Part shown: one piece after another, positions 1 through 10,944 of the stretch
Layout: every line of letters begins with the position of its first letter
Numbering within the stretch: the first letter of the stretch is position 1
NCBI GenBank assembly: GCA_045605805.1
Contig: JAZUQR010000008.1
Location: 1-64,000 of the forward strand
Length of the DNA stretch: 64,000 nt
Reading direction: 5' to 3'
Source: Alphaproteobacteria bacterium
Lineage (GTDB): Bacteria > Pseudomonadota > Alphaproteobacteria > CAAHEQ01 > UBA3637
Notes under the pieces: model-generated
Seen by the model: the letters and a program-made list of their open reading frames with translations, nothing else
Databases searched by the model: none
What the model was told of the DNA's origin: nothing
Translations under genes and position numbers: made by a program

Positions 1-632
1 TAATGATACAACGGTAATTTTAGATAAAAAATATCTTTTGCCACCATACAGTACATATAAACAAAAAGGTTATCTTCATATTCTCTTATTTTAGGAAAAC
101 TCATTTTATATTTTTTTACTAAATCATTCCGAATAATTTTATTCCACAACACAACATTTGTTGATAAAACAGTCTTTTTATCAAACAAACGATAGCCTGT
201 TATATTTTTATTGTAATAATTAAAATTAGACCTGAGTTTTTTTTCATTTTCATCAATATTGTTTTCAAAATCAAAAAAATTGTGACAAGATACAATATCC
301 ACATTTTTTTCTTGTATCGTTTCATACATTACCTGGGACATATTTGGTTCGTACCAATCATCCGAATCACACAACATTAAATATTTTCCAGTGGCTTTTT
401 TTAAACCTTGATTACGTGCAACAGCTTGTCCTGAATTTTCTTGTGTAATGACTTTAATCCGTTTATCTTGTTTGGCGTATTTGTTCAAAATATCCAAGGT
501 ATTATCCGTTGAACCATCATTAATACAGATAATTTCAATTTCTTTAAGCGTTTGATTTACCAGACTATCTAAACATCGTTTTAAGTATTTTTCTGCATTA
601 TAACATGGAACAATAATACTGACTTTAATCAT
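1..632 (-). CDS. GT2 family glycosyltransferase (partial, runs off left edge)
   Basis: Minus strand from ATG at 632 reads MIKVSIIVPCYNAEKYLKRCLDSLVNQTLKEIEIICINDGSTD; ATGA overlap with the stop of the upstream GT2. Confidence 0.88.
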   Translation of the reverse strand, partial: MIKVSIIVPCYNAEKYLKRCLDSLVNQTLKEIEIICINDGSTDNTLDILNKYAKQDKRIKVITQENSGQAVARNQGLKKATGKYLMLCDSDDWYEPNMSQVMYETIQEKNVDIVSCHNFFDFENNIDENEKKLRSNFNYYNKNITGYRLFDKKTVLSTNVVLWNKIIRNDLVKKYKMSFPKIREYEDNLFVYMYCMVAKDIFYLKLPLYH

Positions 633-1741
633 TTTTTCTTTCTCCTATAGATACACCATTTACCTAAATATATTTCTTTATAACCATTTTCTTTGTTTTT
701 TCGAAAAACAGGAATGCCTAATATATAGACCTTTTTATTCTTCCCATCACGCATACGCTTATAAATACAAAGCTTACCGACTTTAACTTCTCGTATATTA
801 AATAATTTTTTTAAAATTGCTTGATGCTTTTTATAAATCACTAAATATAGCCAATTATGCTTTAATGTAATATCTTTTTTATATGGGATAAAAATGTCGT
901 AAATAATATCTAGCGCTTTGATTTTTCCTTCATCTGACAATTTAATAAATAAATAATAAAATCTTTTATTAATCCAATCAAAAACGTTTTTTTTATAAGT
1001 ATCATATAAATTATTTTGAACCAAAAATTTTAATAAATACTCAAATCCATACCATACATCAAATTTGTTTTTAGATTTTCCAGTATTAAATGAATGTACA
1101 AGAGAATCTTCTCGTTGAAAATAGTTATACAATCTATCATGTATAAAATAAATTGATTTTGAATACATCAAGTATTGCATAATAAAAGAAGTATCATATC
1201 CTCGCTTTACATTTTTATCTCTTGGGAAAAACAATCCAGACGTATCAAGATGTTCTTTCCTAAAAATAAAACGCCACAACGCTAATCCACCCATATTATA
1301 GAATTGAGCTGGATTGTTATATTTCCCCTCATTCGGCATATGAGCAAAGTATTTTTGCATATCGTAATCTTCCATGCCAACAATGTTCGTTCCGCACATA
1401 ACGATATCTACATTTTCTCGTTCCAATGTTGTTATCATCTTTTCACACATTTCGGGTTCATACCAATCATCCGGATCACAAAACATAATATAAGGGCTGT
1501 CTATACGTTCCATGGCGGTGGCTCTGGCCCATTCTACACCATGGTTGTCTTGATGGATGGCGATGATGCGTTTATCTTTTTCGGCATATTTTTTCAAAAT
1601 ATCATAGGTATTATCCGTGGAACCGTCATCTACACAAACGGCTTTCCAATCTTGATATGTTTGTGCCAACAAAGCATCCAAACATCTGGGCAAATATTCG
1701 GCAACATTATAACACGGGACAATAATACTGATTTGACTCAT
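629..1741 (-). CDS. GT2 family glycosyltransferase
   Basis: ISIIVPCYN...VDDGSTD...FCDPDD motifs. Confidence 0.92.
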   Translation of the reverse strand: MSQISIIVPCYNVAEYLPRCLDALLAQTYQDWKAVCVDDGSTDNTYDILKKYAEKDKRIIAIHQDNHGVEWARATAMERIDSPYIMFCDPDDWYEPEMCEKMITTLERENVDIVMCGTNIVGMEDYDMQKYFAHMPNEGKYNNPAQFYNMGGLALWRFIFRKEHLDTSGLFFPRDKNVKRGYDTSFIMQYLMYSKSIYFIHDRLYNYFQREDSLVHSFNTGKSKNKFDVWYGFEYLLKFLVQNNLYDTYKKNVFDWINKRFYYLFIKLSDEGKIKALDIIYDIFIPYKKDITLKHNWLYLVIYKKHQAILKKLFNIREVKVGKLCIYKRMRDGKNKKVYILGIPVFRKNKENGYKEIYLGKWCIYRRKKK

Positions 1742-1742
1742 T

Positions 1743-2678
1743 TTACTTTCCTTTCAAAAAAAGATACGATTTAACTTGATTTTTAAGGCTCAGGTATTTT
1801 GGTTGGTAAATGCCTTGTCTTTTTAATTCAGCTAACAACGGTCTGGTCAACGCATACCACTTACCTAAATTTTCTTTATCTTTACGCTTGGGTTCCAATA
1901 CGGCAAACTTAAACATCCGCTTGGCAATTTTTTGATTTAATATCCTGCGTGTTTTGGGGGATAGGTCTTTATCCCGAAAGAAACTTTCAAATGCCACCGC
2001 CGCTTTTATATTTCCACGGATGAGTCTTTCTGATAATCCATGATTCATAGCTGAACCCAACCGTTTGCGATAAAAATATAATTCTTGCGGAATATGGGTG
2101 GCGGTTTTAAAACGATACATTGATTCATACAGAAAAACTAAATCTTCTGATACACGGATATCAACCGGTGATTTTAAATCTTGGATTTGTTCTCGCTTGT
2201 ATAATTTATTCCAAATAACCGCCCCCATATTGGGGTTTTCTTCTATAAACTTATCAAAGGCATTTGTGTAAAGTGTTATATCGCCGTTTTGTTCTTGCCA
2301 TGGCTTTTTTACTTCACCTTGTTGGAAATCACACCAAACCATATCTGAATTTGTATCCGTGATGGCCTGATACATCTTTTGTAAAAAAGTCGGGGCTAAT
2401 TCATCATCTGAATCCAAAAAGCAAATGTATTCCCCTTGGGCAATTTCCATAGCCTTGTTGCGTGCCACCGAAACGCCTTGATTTTCCTGAGTGATGACTT
2501 TGATACGGTTGTCTTTTTGGGCATATTCGGCCAAAATTTTACCGCAGTTATCGGGACTACCGTCATTGACACAAATCGCTTCCCAATCAGTAAAAGTTTG
2601 TGCCAACACCGAATCCAAACACGCCGGTAAATATGCTTCAACTTTATAAACAGGAATAACGATACTTATTTTTGGCAT
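1743..2678 (-). CDS. GT2 family glycosyltransferase
   Basis: ISIVIPVYK...VNDGSPD...FLDSDD motifs. Confidence 0.92.
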   Translation of the reverse strand: MPKISIVIPVYKVEAYLPACLDSVLAQTFTDWEAICVNDGSPDNCGKILAEYAQKDNRIKVITQENQGVSVARNKAMEIAQGEYICFLDSDDELAPTFLQKMYQAITDTNSDMVWCDFQQGEVKKPWQEQNGDITLYTNAFDKFIEENPNMGAVIWNKLYKREQIQDLKSPVDIRVSEDLVFLYESMYRFKTATHIPQELYFYRKRLGSAMNHGLSERLIRGNIKAAVAFESFFRDKDLSPKTRRILNQKIAKRMFKFAVLEPKRKDKENLGKWYALTRPLLAELKRQGIYQPKYLSLKNQVKSYLFLKGK

Positions 2679-3004
2679 TCTTTCTCCTGAGCATAAAGAG
2701 CAACAATATCCTTTTTGGTCAAAAAGATTTCATCTTTGTCCAATAATAACTGAGCCGGAGATACATCCAAAATTGATGCTATATTAAAAAGTGTTTTTAA
2801 TGTCGTTCCCTTTTGTCCCCGTTCAACAGACCCATAACTTACTTTTGCCATATTTAATGTTTGAGCCATTTGCAATTGTGTCATATTTCGGCCCACACGA
2901 ATCTCTCGCATATTTGAGCCGACTTTTTTCAAAAAACAAGATACTGTTTTTTTGTTTTCCAAGACATTTACTCCGTTCAATTTAATCCGAAGATATTTAA
3001 CCAC
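2666..3004 (-). CDS. XRE-family helix-turn-helix regulator
   Basis: IRVGRNMTQLQMAQTLNMAKVSYGSVERGQ HTH_3 pattern; overlaps the first GT gene; start uncertain. Confidence 0.8.
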   Translation of the reverse strand: MVKYLRIKLNGVNVLENKKTVSCFLKKVGSNMREIRVGRNMTQLQMAQTLNMAKVSYGSVERGQKGTTLKTLFNIASILDVSPAQLLLDKDEIFLTKKDIVALYAQEKECQK

Positions 3005-3287
3005 AATCCAACGATTTAATCAAGCACTTTTTTCCATGTTTTTATCTAAAATTATAAATGTATGGAAAATAAAATAAAATTTTAGGCTAGGCGCAGATAT
3101 TCAATTAAAAGTAATGGCGTTTGCTTTTTGTATATCGGCTGAAATTGAACGCAGTTTAATATCTCAACGGACAAAATCATCTTTGGCAAACATAAAAGTC
3201 AGCTTTTTTTGAAAAAGTTTGACAAAAATAAGAGTTTGTGGTAGAATAGTTTTTACTCGTTTGTTTTATAAGTTTTAGGAGGTTCAG

Positions 3288-4271
3288 ATGAAAAACGAAA
3301 ATAATAATGAAATGAGACAAAATCAAGAAGATTTGATGAAACGCTTGGTTGCTCTGCTTGGTAATAATGAGCGGGGGGCAGATGGTTCTATTTTGGATCA
3401 AAATAAAATAGGTTTTTATGAAAAATCTTTGTATGCTTTGTCTTTAAGAATGATGGCAAAGAGTCTTAAATGGTTTGTTCATGAAGCTGCCCTTATTAGA
3501 AATGAACTTCCGAATGAACAGTTTGAAAATGCTGTTCTTAATGAATTGAATCAGGTTTTGTCGCTTCCTGTGCATGGTTCGGTTATTTCGTATACAAAGG
3601 CGTTATTGGATTTTGATAGACCAGAACGTATAATCGATATGATTGAGTCTAAAGCATCTTCGGAGTTGATAGTTGACCAGCCACAATCAATGTATTCATG
3701 GGAGACATACGACAGCTTATTTTATTTTATGCCGTCAAAGGGTAGGGCGATTTATGCTGTTAATAGAAAGGCTTTGAAAAAATTGAAAAAGTCAAAACAG
3801 GGATATAAAAAAGCCGTGCAAGATATTGAAGACTATTTTCGTGGAAAGGCGAACTCTCGGGTGCGGGAAGAGGAAAATGGCCTTGTTGTATGCCAAGCGG
3901 ATACAAACCAAAATACTTGGGAATGCAAAGGCAGATATGTGTGGCGTGTTTTTGAAAAAGAGGGTAAACGGATTGCTGTTTTGTTGGGGCATGTGGACGA
4001 TCATTCCTCTGCAAAAGGCAAAAACGAATATGATGAATTAAAACAACAAGCCAAACAGATAAAAGCCGCAGATTTTTGTTCGGATGGTTTGGTTGCGGTG
4101 TTGGATTCATCCGAAATCAAGATACAGGAACGCGCCGCCCAATATGCTCAGTTGATTGTAAAGCCCAAAGAGTTGGATGTGCCGAATTTTATGACAGATC
4201 TTTTTATGTATGACCATTTTGAGAAGAAGCCACTGCCTGCACGACGCCGTGAATATGGTTCAGAAAGGTAA
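3288..4271 (+). CDS. hypothetical protein, basic C-terminal tail (RRREYGSER)
   Basis: 327-aa ORF preceded by AGGAGG RBS. Confidence 0.7.
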   Translation: MKNENNNEMRQNQEDLMKRLVALLGNNERGADGSILDQNKIGFYEKSLYALSLRMMAKSLKWFVHEAALIRNELPNEQFENAVLNELNQVLSLPVHGSVISYTKALLDFDRPERIIDMIESKASSELIVDQPQSMYSWETYDSLFYFMPSKGRAIYAVNRKALKKLKKSKQGYKKAVQDIEDYFRGKANSRVREEENGLVVCQADTNQNTWECKGRYVWRVFEKEGKRIAVLLGHVDDHSSAKGKNEYDELKQQAKQIKAADFCSDGLVAVLDSSEIKIQERAAQYAQLIVKPKELDVPNFMTDLFMYDHFEKKPLPARRREYGSER

Positions 4272-4350
4272 AAAATAAGGGTAAAAATTGACATAATCCT
4301 GTGTGTGTGGAATAATACTACTTATTCAGAATTTTAGAGGGGATATTGTT

Positions 4351-4533
4351 ATGAACAAAAAGAAAGATTATTTTGCTGAGCTGTTGTTGAAGCACAGAAA
4401 GCTGAATGTTCTTTTTGCGCCTTTATTACATAAGAGAGACTCGTTCAAGCAGCTTGATTCAAACCCAGATGAAGGCAAGAAAAAAAGTCCTGTCAACCCT
4501 GTTTTGGTTTCATCGGTGAATGGGGGCAGATAA
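4351..4533 (+). CDS. small hypothetical protein
   Basis: AGAGGGG RBS then ATG at 4351; ends 3 nt before the AbiEi-like gene. Confidence 0.5.
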   Translation: MNKKKDYFAELLLKHRKLNVLFAPLLHKRDSFKQLDSNPDEGKKKSPVNPVLVSSVNGGR

Positions 4534-4536
4534 CAG

Positions 4537-4986
4537 ATGGCTCAGTTCGTTTATGAAAATCCTTATGCTGTGATTGCTCGGACGTATCCCGATTGCTATG
4601 TGGCTTCGTGGAGTGCGGCCGGTTTTTGGGATTTAATAGACGAACTGCCACGCAAGGTTATTTTGTTTTCCAAAAACAAAACAGAAACAGCTTGTTTGGC
4701 GGATGTAGATGTGGATGTCTATCAGGTGCCCGAACAGTTCTTTTTTGATATTGAAAAGCAAGAAACTTTGGATGGAGATTTTATGATTTCTTCTCCCACA
4801 AAATCGATTGTGGATTGCTTTGCCTTCCCAGACTTGGCCGGTGGCAAAAGACAAGTTGATTATCTTTTCTCGCTGTATGCGGAAAGTGCTTTTTATCAAC
4901 CAGAATTGTTGTTAAAATATGCAAAAGTTTTGTTGAAGCCAGAGGATATTTCTCATTTAATGAAATTGGTGAAGGAGGTTTTATGA
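4537..4986 (+). CDS. AbiEi-like type IV TA antitoxin (C-terminal domain only)
   Basis: YVASWSAAGFWDLIDELP...ISSPTKSIVDCFAFPDLAGG pattern; ATGA-coupled to the AbiEii-like gene. Confidence 0.72.
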   Translation: MAQFVYENPYAVIARTYPDCYVASWSAAGFWDLIDELPRKVILFSKNKTETACLADVDVDVYQVPEQFFFDIEKQETLDGDFMISSPTKSIVDCFAFPDLAGGKRQVDYLFSLYAESAFYQPELLLKYAKVLLKPEDISHLMKLVKEVL

Positions 4987-5999
4987 TTGATGCGCACTCT
5001 TTAATTAAAATTGCCAAAAAAGCCCATATTTTGCCGGAACGATTGGAACGGGATTATGTGATGAGTTTGATTTTGGATGGGCTTTCTCGGTGTGAAAAAA
5101 CAAAAAAAGAGATTATTTTTAAGGGGGGAACCTGTGTTCATAAGTGTTTTACTTCTTTTGAAAAACCCGTAAATCCAAAACAATTAGATCCTTATTTTAC
5201 GCATGGACGATTTTCTTCGGATATTGATTTAACTGTTTATAAAAAGTTGATGTCCACGGATAAATTATTAGAGGCTTTTTCTGAGGTGGCCGATTATGTT
5301 TATCAAAAACACGGCCTGTATTTGGAGTCGTTAGATTTTCCAATGCACTTTAATGTTAAATCGTCAAAAACCAATTCTCGGGCCACATTAAAATATCATG
5401 GGCCGCTGTATTTACACAATTTACAGATGGCAAAGGAAAAAGAGGAACGTACAGGTCGCAAAGTGCCTGTGACTTCGGCTCCAACCTTGAAAATTGATAT
5501 TACGGCAGATGAAAAAGTGGTGTATAGGCCTGATGTCTTGCCCATTTATCATCCCTATCCGAATTTAGAAGGTAAAGAAAGTGATTTACAGACTCGCTGT
5601 TATTCTTTACAAGGAATGTTTGCCGAAAAGGTTCGTTCTTTGTTTGACAGATGCTCGCCTAGGGATTTATATGATTTGCATATTTTGTATGCTCATCCGG
5701 ATATCAAAAACCGTGAATTGGAAATTGGTGAAGCAATGTTGGCCAAGTTCCGTTTCAAAAAAATGCCTTTGGATTTGTCTGCTGAATTATTGACTCAGCC
5801 TAAACAAAATGGTCAATCTTTGAAGGATTTTTGTAAAGATGAATGGGAACATTCTTTGAAACAACAGGTGGGAGCGCTTGGGCCGTTTGAAAATTATTGG
5901 GATAATGAAAAGTTTCCAAAGATTTTGAATTTTGCCAGAGGTTGTATGCAGGCTGCTTTGAGTTTTGAAAAACACAAAACAAATAGTGCCGGCCGCTGA
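4983..5999 (+). CDS. AbiEii/AbiGii nucleotidyltransferase toxin
   Basis: LERDY, IFKGGT, RFSSDID, AEKVRSL, RDLYD motifs. Confidence 0.88.
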   Translation: MIDAHSLIKIAKKAHILPERLERDYVMSLILDGLSRCEKTKKEIIFKGGTCVHKCFTSFEKPVNPKQLDPYFTHGRFSSDIDLTVYKKLMSTDKLLEAFSEVADYVYQKHGLYLESLDFPMHFNVKSSKTNSRATLKYHGPLYLHNLQMAKEKEERTGRKVPVTSAPTLKIDITADEKVVYRPDVLPIYHPYPNLEGKESDLQTRCYSLQGMFAEKVRSLFDRCSPRDLYDLHILYAHPDIKNRELEIGEAMLAKFRFKKMPLDLSAELLTQPKQNGQSLKDFCKDEWEHSLKQQVGALGPFENYWDNEKFPKILNFARGCMQAALSFEKHKTNSAGR

Positions 6000-6145
6000 T
6001 TCTTGATGTTTTTCTTTTTCAATCGTGAAGAATATCTGTGCCATATGGTTGAAAAAGTGCTTTACAAAGGAGGGGTTCAATTGCCTTTGAATGGTGCGAA
6101 TACTTGTTTTCGCTAGATACCAGCCGATCGTTCCAAGTAAGTTTT

Positions 6146-6177
6146 ATCGCCTGAGAAAATCGGGCGATTTTTTTTGA
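6146..6177 (+). terminator. intrinsic terminator
   Basis: ATCGCCTGA-GAAAA-TCGGGCGAT hairpin followed by a T tract. Confidence 0.6.
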
Positions 6178-6312
6178 GATTATTTACGTGTTTTATACCA
6201 TATTGTTGCCAAGTTTTAGGCGATGATAAAAAAAACAAAAAAAATGCTTGTATTTTTTAATATAAGGTATATACTTTTGTTTTAGAAATGCTGTACTATT
6301 TTTAACAAGGAG

Positions 6313-8421
6313 GTGTGTATGCAGTATTCAAAAACAACTTTAATGGAATTATCACATAAATACAGAAGTATATTAAAAAAGTGTGCATTATTAAATGCCG
6401 CAGTTTTATTGACAACAGCGGTGGCCCTGCCGGCAATGGCAGATTCTGCTGCTACAATATATGGTGATGAAACTCTTCATTTTGATAGTTTTGGAGAGGC
6501 TCTGGCTTCGAGTTCAGATTGGTCCAAAGCTTCAGGTGTTGTTTCAGAAGAGAATCAAAATATCACGTATGATTTTGCAGGAAAAACTTATGCTGGTTAT
6601 AAAAATCCAGCAGGTTCTAGCGGTACAAGAAATCAAGTTTTTCAATTGTTAAAAGGAAGTGATATTACCTTTAAAAATGGCACAATTAAAGTTGCAGAAG
6701 ATGCTACTACTGGTTTTTGGATGGGTATTCAGAATTATTCTAATTTAACGTTGGAAAATATGGTCATTGATGGAAGTAATCTTTCTGTTCCCGGAAGTTA
6801 TGCTCTTTCTAATAATCAAGGAACGGTAAACATCAAAAATTCAACCATTTTGGCGAAGACAGGAGAAGTTGCATTTGACCTTTGGTATTGGGTGCCTTTC
6901 TATACAGAGGGTGTTTTTGTCAACCTTGAAAACTCAAAAATTACAGGGAAGATAGAAATTGGTACCCCAGGTCCAGCCACGGCTGCAGATATTTTAACAC
7001 ACGCGGTATTAAATATCAGTGGAGATAACACTATCGATGGAGATATTGAGAATAATGGAGGAACAATCAATGTTAAAGCTGGTACTTTAACATATAATGG
7101 TCAAATTAAGAATTCTGGCGTGATTAATTTTGAATCTGGTTCTTCTTTGAAAACAGCTTTGAACGGTTCTACAATTATTTCTGGAACAGGAGAAATTACA
7201 GGTAATACAGAATTGGTTCTCGGAAATGGTGCAGCTGGTCAAAGTTTTGCTTTGCAGGCCACCACGAATACTTTGAATTTTAAAGAAAACTCTTTATATG
7301 ATTTTGTGCCATCTGTTGAAGGGGATACAACAACCTACACTATTTCCAAAAAGTCCACGGATGAAATTGTTGATAATTTGGTGAACGAAGGGGCAACAGC
7401 GCAAGAAGCGGCTACAATTTCTGCCATTGCTGACACAACATTGGATCACCCCGTGTTAAACAAAATCACAGAAGCTGTCCAGACCGGTGATGTCAAAACC
7501 GCTGCCAAAGCTGCTGAAGATTTGGCTCCGACAACCTCTCAACAAGTGGTTGGTGTGACAAAGGATGTTGTATCTATGTTGTCAAATGTGGCCTCTGATC
7601 GTATCAATCCTGTTGGATTAGCCGGTGGTGATGTGTTTGAAGGGTTCGGTATGTGGGCTCAAGGTTTATATAACCGTTCTAAACAAGATGCCACTGCTTC
7701 TTCCGAAGGATTTAGAGCCAATACACGTGGTATTGCTGTGGGTTTAGATGGCAAACTTAGTAAAGTTATGACGGTTGGTATCGGATATGGTTATACGGAT
7801 ACTGATGCTGATGCTGGGGCTCGTGATGTGGATGTTGAAGGCCATCATGTGTTTTTATACGGCCAATATAAACCTTGCGCATGGTATGCTCATTGGTTGT
7901 TAGACTATGGCTATGCCAAGTATGATGAAACTAAAACGCCTGCCGGTTTAAGCATGAAGACCTCATATAATGTTCATTCTTATGCTGCCCATTATATGGC
8001 GGGATATGACTTTGAAAATGGTTTGATGACAGAAGCCGGTGCTCGTTATTTATTGGTAGATCAAGATGCTTATAATGATGGTTTGCAACGGATTAAATCC
8101 GATAAAAATGATACTTTAACGGCTGTGGCTGGTGTGAAATATCAAGCTGTTGTTAAAACGGATGATGTGGCATTTGTGCCTCGTTTGCGTTTAGCGGCTA
8201 CATATGATGTGAAAAGCGAGGATTCCGAAGCCAATGTGCAAGTGGTTGGCGGTGGAAACTATCAAATCACAGGTGAGCGTTTACACCGTTTTGGTGTTGA
8301 AGCTGGTGTAGGGGTGACAGCCACTGTGGGGGCTTGGGATGTGTCTTTGGATTATTTTGGGGGCTATCGTAAAGATTACCAAAGTCACACAGGTCTGTTG
8401 AAAGCACAATATAATTTCTAA
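6313..8421 (+). CDS. autotransporter (type Va) outer-membrane beta-barrel protein
   Basis: Signal peptide, beta-helix-like passenger, barrel starting near GMWAQGLYN, terminal AQYNF. Confidence 0.88.
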   Translation: MCMQYSKTTLMELSHKYRSILKKCALLNAAVLLTTAVALPAMADSAATIYGDETLHFDSFGEALASSSDWSKASGVVSEENQNITYDFAGKTYAGYKNPAGSSGTRNQVFQLLKGSDITFKNGTIKVAEDATTGFWMGIQNYSNLTLENMVIDGSNLSVPGSYALSNNQGTVNIKNSTILAKTGEVAFDLWYWVPFYTEGVFVNLENSKITGKIEIGTPGPATAADILTHAVLNISGDNTIDGDIENNGGTINVKAGTLTYNGQIKNSGVINFESGSSLKTALNGSTIISGTGEITGNTELVLGNGAAGQSFALQATTNTLNFKENSLYDFVPSVEGDTTTYTISKKSTDEIVDNLVNEGATAQEAATISAIADTTLDHPVLNKITEAVQTGDVKTAAKAAEDLAPTTSQQVVGVTKDVVSMLSNVASDRINPVGLAGGDVFEGFGMWAQGLYNRSKQDATASSEGFRANTRGIAVGLDGKLSKVMTVGIGYGYTDTDADAGARDVDVEGHHVFLYGQYKPCAWYAHWLLDYGYAKYDETKTPAGLSMKTSYNVHSYAAHYMAGYDFENGLMTEAGARYLLVDQDAYNDGLQRIKSDKNDTLTAVAGVKYQAVVKTDDVAFVPRLRLAATYDVKSEDSEANVQVVGGGNYQITGERLHRFGVEAGVGVTATVGAWDVSLDYFGGYRKDYQSHTGLLKAQYNF

Positions 8422-8440
8422 TTGACCTGACCTTATGTCG

Positions 8441-8470
8441 AAAAGCCCTGTTTTAGACAGGGCTTTTTTT
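8441..8470 (+). terminator. intrinsic terminator
   Basis: AAAAGCCCTGT-TTTAG-ACAGGGCTTTTTTT. Confidence 0.75.
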
Positions 8471-8505
8471 CTTGACAGATGGGTAAAAAATGATATAGTG
8501 AAAAT

Positions 8506-9243
8506 ATGAAGAAAATAATAATGATGTTTTTTTTGCTGTTTGGTTGTTCTGTTGTTTCGGATTTTGTTGAGGCCCCAGATGCATTTGAATATAAAGAGAT
8601 GATGTCGGGTCAATATCGTTTGGCTTCGTGGCACAAAAATACCAATCCCGCTGCCCCTGTGCGCATTTATATAGAAGGTGATGGACATTCTTTTAATCAC
8701 AGAGGGCAGGCAACTTCCAATCCAACACCAAAGAATCCTTTTATGCGTCAATTGGCTTTTAATGATCCCAATCCAAATGTGGTGTATTTGGCTCGCCCTT
8801 GTCAATATGTGACAGATGAACACTGTACGCCTTTGGATTGGACAACTGGGCGTTTTTCAAAAGCTGTGGTGGATTCTATGTCTTTGGCTGTTGAACGAAT
8901 CGCCAATGGACGGCCGGTTGTTTTAATTGGCTATTCCGGTGGGGCGATGATTTCTGGGTTGATTATTTCTCGCAACTTGAGTTTGTTTGTACAAAGGTGG
9001 GTGACTATTGCAGGGGTTTTGAATCATGATAAATGGACTGCTTATCACAAAGTGCCTCCGTTGATTGATTCTTTGAATCTAAGTCAAATGCCGATGGTTT
9101 CTCAGGTGCATTTTGTGGGTGAAAATGATTCAGTTGTGCCACCAGACTTTGCCCGTTTGATTGTTCCAACAGAAACGATTTTTGTTGTGCCGGAGGCGAC
9201 TCATGCTGTGGGGTTAGATGCTGTGCGGCCTTATATTTACTAG
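8506..9243 (+). CDS. alpha/beta hydrolase lipoprotein
   Basis: Lipobox LFGC, YIEGDG, YLARPCQY, GYSGG nucleophile elbow. Confidence 0.82.
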   Translation: MKKIIMMFFLLFGCSVVSDFVEAPDAFEYKEMMSGQYRLASWHKNTNPAAPVRIYIEGDGHSFNHRGQATSNPTPKNPFMRQLAFNDPNPNVVYLARPCQYVTDEHCTPLDWTTGRFSKAVVDSMSLAVERIANGRPVVLIGYSGGAMISGLIISRNLSLFVQRWVTIAGVLNHDKWTAYHKVPPLIDSLNLSQMPMVSQVHFVGENDSVVPPDFARLIVPTETIFVVPEATHAVGLDAVRPYIY

Positions 9244-9472
9244 ATTGTTTTTGCGAATCGGTATATTTTCCTTTATTTGTGTGAATTTTTGATGAGTGTG
9301 CTATCTTAAAAAACAGTAAAATCGGGCTATTTTATAAAAAAAATGAAAAAAAGTGTTGATTTTTGATGTAAAAATGCATTTTTTTTGTTGACAAGGCCTG
9401 TGAAATCTGCCTAGAATGATATTACAGGCACATAAGTGGCTGTTTGTTTAACAAGATATAAGGAGAATTAAA

Positions 9473-9742
9473 ATGAATAAAACAGAATTTATTGAAGCCG
9501 TTGCTAAAGAAGCTAAAGCCAGCAAAGCTGCTGCTGCTGCCGTTATCGCTGCTGCTCAAACAGTTGTGACAAAAGCTTTGAAAAAAGGTGACACAGTTCA
9601 ATTGACAGGCTTTGTGACATTTGGTGTTGCAAAACGTGCTGCCCGCAATGGTCGCAATCCTGCCACAGGCAAAACAATTAAAATTGCTGCCCGTAAGGTT
9701 GTAAAAGTTAAAGCTGGTAAAGCTTTGAAAGACGCTGTGTAA
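9473..9742 (+). CDS. hup: DNA-binding protein HU (host copy)
   Basis: MNKTEFIEAVA...GFVTF...RAARNGRNPATG. Confidence 0.95.
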   Translation: MNKTEFIEAVAKEAKASKAAAAAVIAAAQTVVTKALKKGDTVQLTGFVTFGVAKRAARNGRNPATGKTIKIAARKVVKVKAGKALKDAV

Positions 9743-9867
9743 TTCAAACAGTTGCATTTATGTCCTGTCGGGATGATGTTTCCGGCAGGATTTTTTTTGA
9801 CAACATTATTTTTTTATATATAATTTATGTATCTTAGATTTGGTGTTTTTAAGGGAAAGGCAAAAAA

Positions 9868-10944
9868 ATGAAACCAATTTTGGCGGGTATGCTTTCTGTT
9901 TCTGGGTATTCATTAAATAACTTTGAAAAAAGGTTGTTAGAGCAAGCCAATCCGATGGGGATTACTTTGTTCAAACGAAATGTAGAAAGTAAAAATCAGG
10001 TTCAACAACTTGTAGACTCGGTAAAAGAAGTGATTGGCCGTGATGATGTTTTGATAGCTGTGGATCAAGAAGGAGGCAGGGTATGCCGCTTTGCCGAACC
10101 TGAGTGGCATGCTTATCTGTCGCAATATGCTCTTGGTTCTTTGAATGGGGCCGAGCAGGAGGAGCTGATTCGTTTGCATGGAAGGTTGATTGCAAGGGAT
10201 TTGCATGAATTGGGGGTCAATTGGAATTATGCACCGGTGATGGATGTGCGTTATGAACAAACAGCAGATGTTTTGAAAAGTCGCACTTTTTCGGAAGATG
10301 CAAAAACTGTGGCCAAATGTGGTGAGATTTTGTTGGATGTTTATCGCCAAAATGGGATTTGTTCGTGCATCAAGCACTTGCCAGGGCATGGGCGGACAAA
10401 GATGGACCCTCATTTGAATTTGCCGATTATCAGCGATGGATTGGATAAGATTAAAAAAGATTTTTATCCGTTTATGGCTGTGGCTAACAAGGCTGTGGCG
10501 GGTATGACGGCTCATATTGTTTTGTCGGCACTGGACGACAAACCTGTGACTCAATCTAAAAAAGTTATTACGGATATTATTCGCCGAGAAATTGGCTTTG
10601 ATGGCTTTTTGATTTCTGATGCTATTGATATGAAAGCATTGGGTGGTTCTTTAACGCATCGTGTGAAAAATTGCTTGGATGCGGGCTGTGATGCGGTTTG
10701 CTATTGTTTGGGCAGGCCGGAGGAGTTGAGTGAAGTTGTGGGGGCTTTACCTCCTTTAACCGACTTGGCTTTGGGGCGATTGGAAAAAATTCGCCAGATT
10801 GTTTCTCAACCTTATGAAAATAATGTCTCAGAAACGGATTATGAACGGTATCAAGCACTTGGGCAAAAAACACATTCGCTGGCGTCTGATTATGATGCTG
10901 TTGAAGTGTTAAATCAAATGAAAGGGAAGGCAAATGAAAATTGA
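9868..10944 (+). CDS. nagZ: beta-N-acetylhexosaminidase (GH3)
   Basis: AVDQEGGRV, KHLPGHG...DPH, ISDAIDM. Confidence 0.92.
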   Translation: MKPILAGMLSVSGYSLNNFEKRLLEQANPMGITLFKRNVESKNQVQQLVDSVKEVIGRDDVLIAVDQEGGRVCRFAEPEWHAYLSQYALGSLNGAEQEELIRLHGRLIARDLHELGVNWNYAPVMDVRYEQTADVLKSRTFSEDAKTVAKCGEILLDVYRQNGICSCIKHLPGHGRTKMDPHLNLPIISDGLDKIKKDFYPFMAVANKAVAGMTAHIVLSALDDKPVTQSKKVITDIIRREIGFDGFLISDAIDMKALGGSLTHRVKNCLDAGCDAVCYCLGRPEELSEVVGALPPLTDLALGRLEKIRQIVSQPYENNVSETDYERYQALGQKTHSLASDYDAVEVLNQMKGKANEN

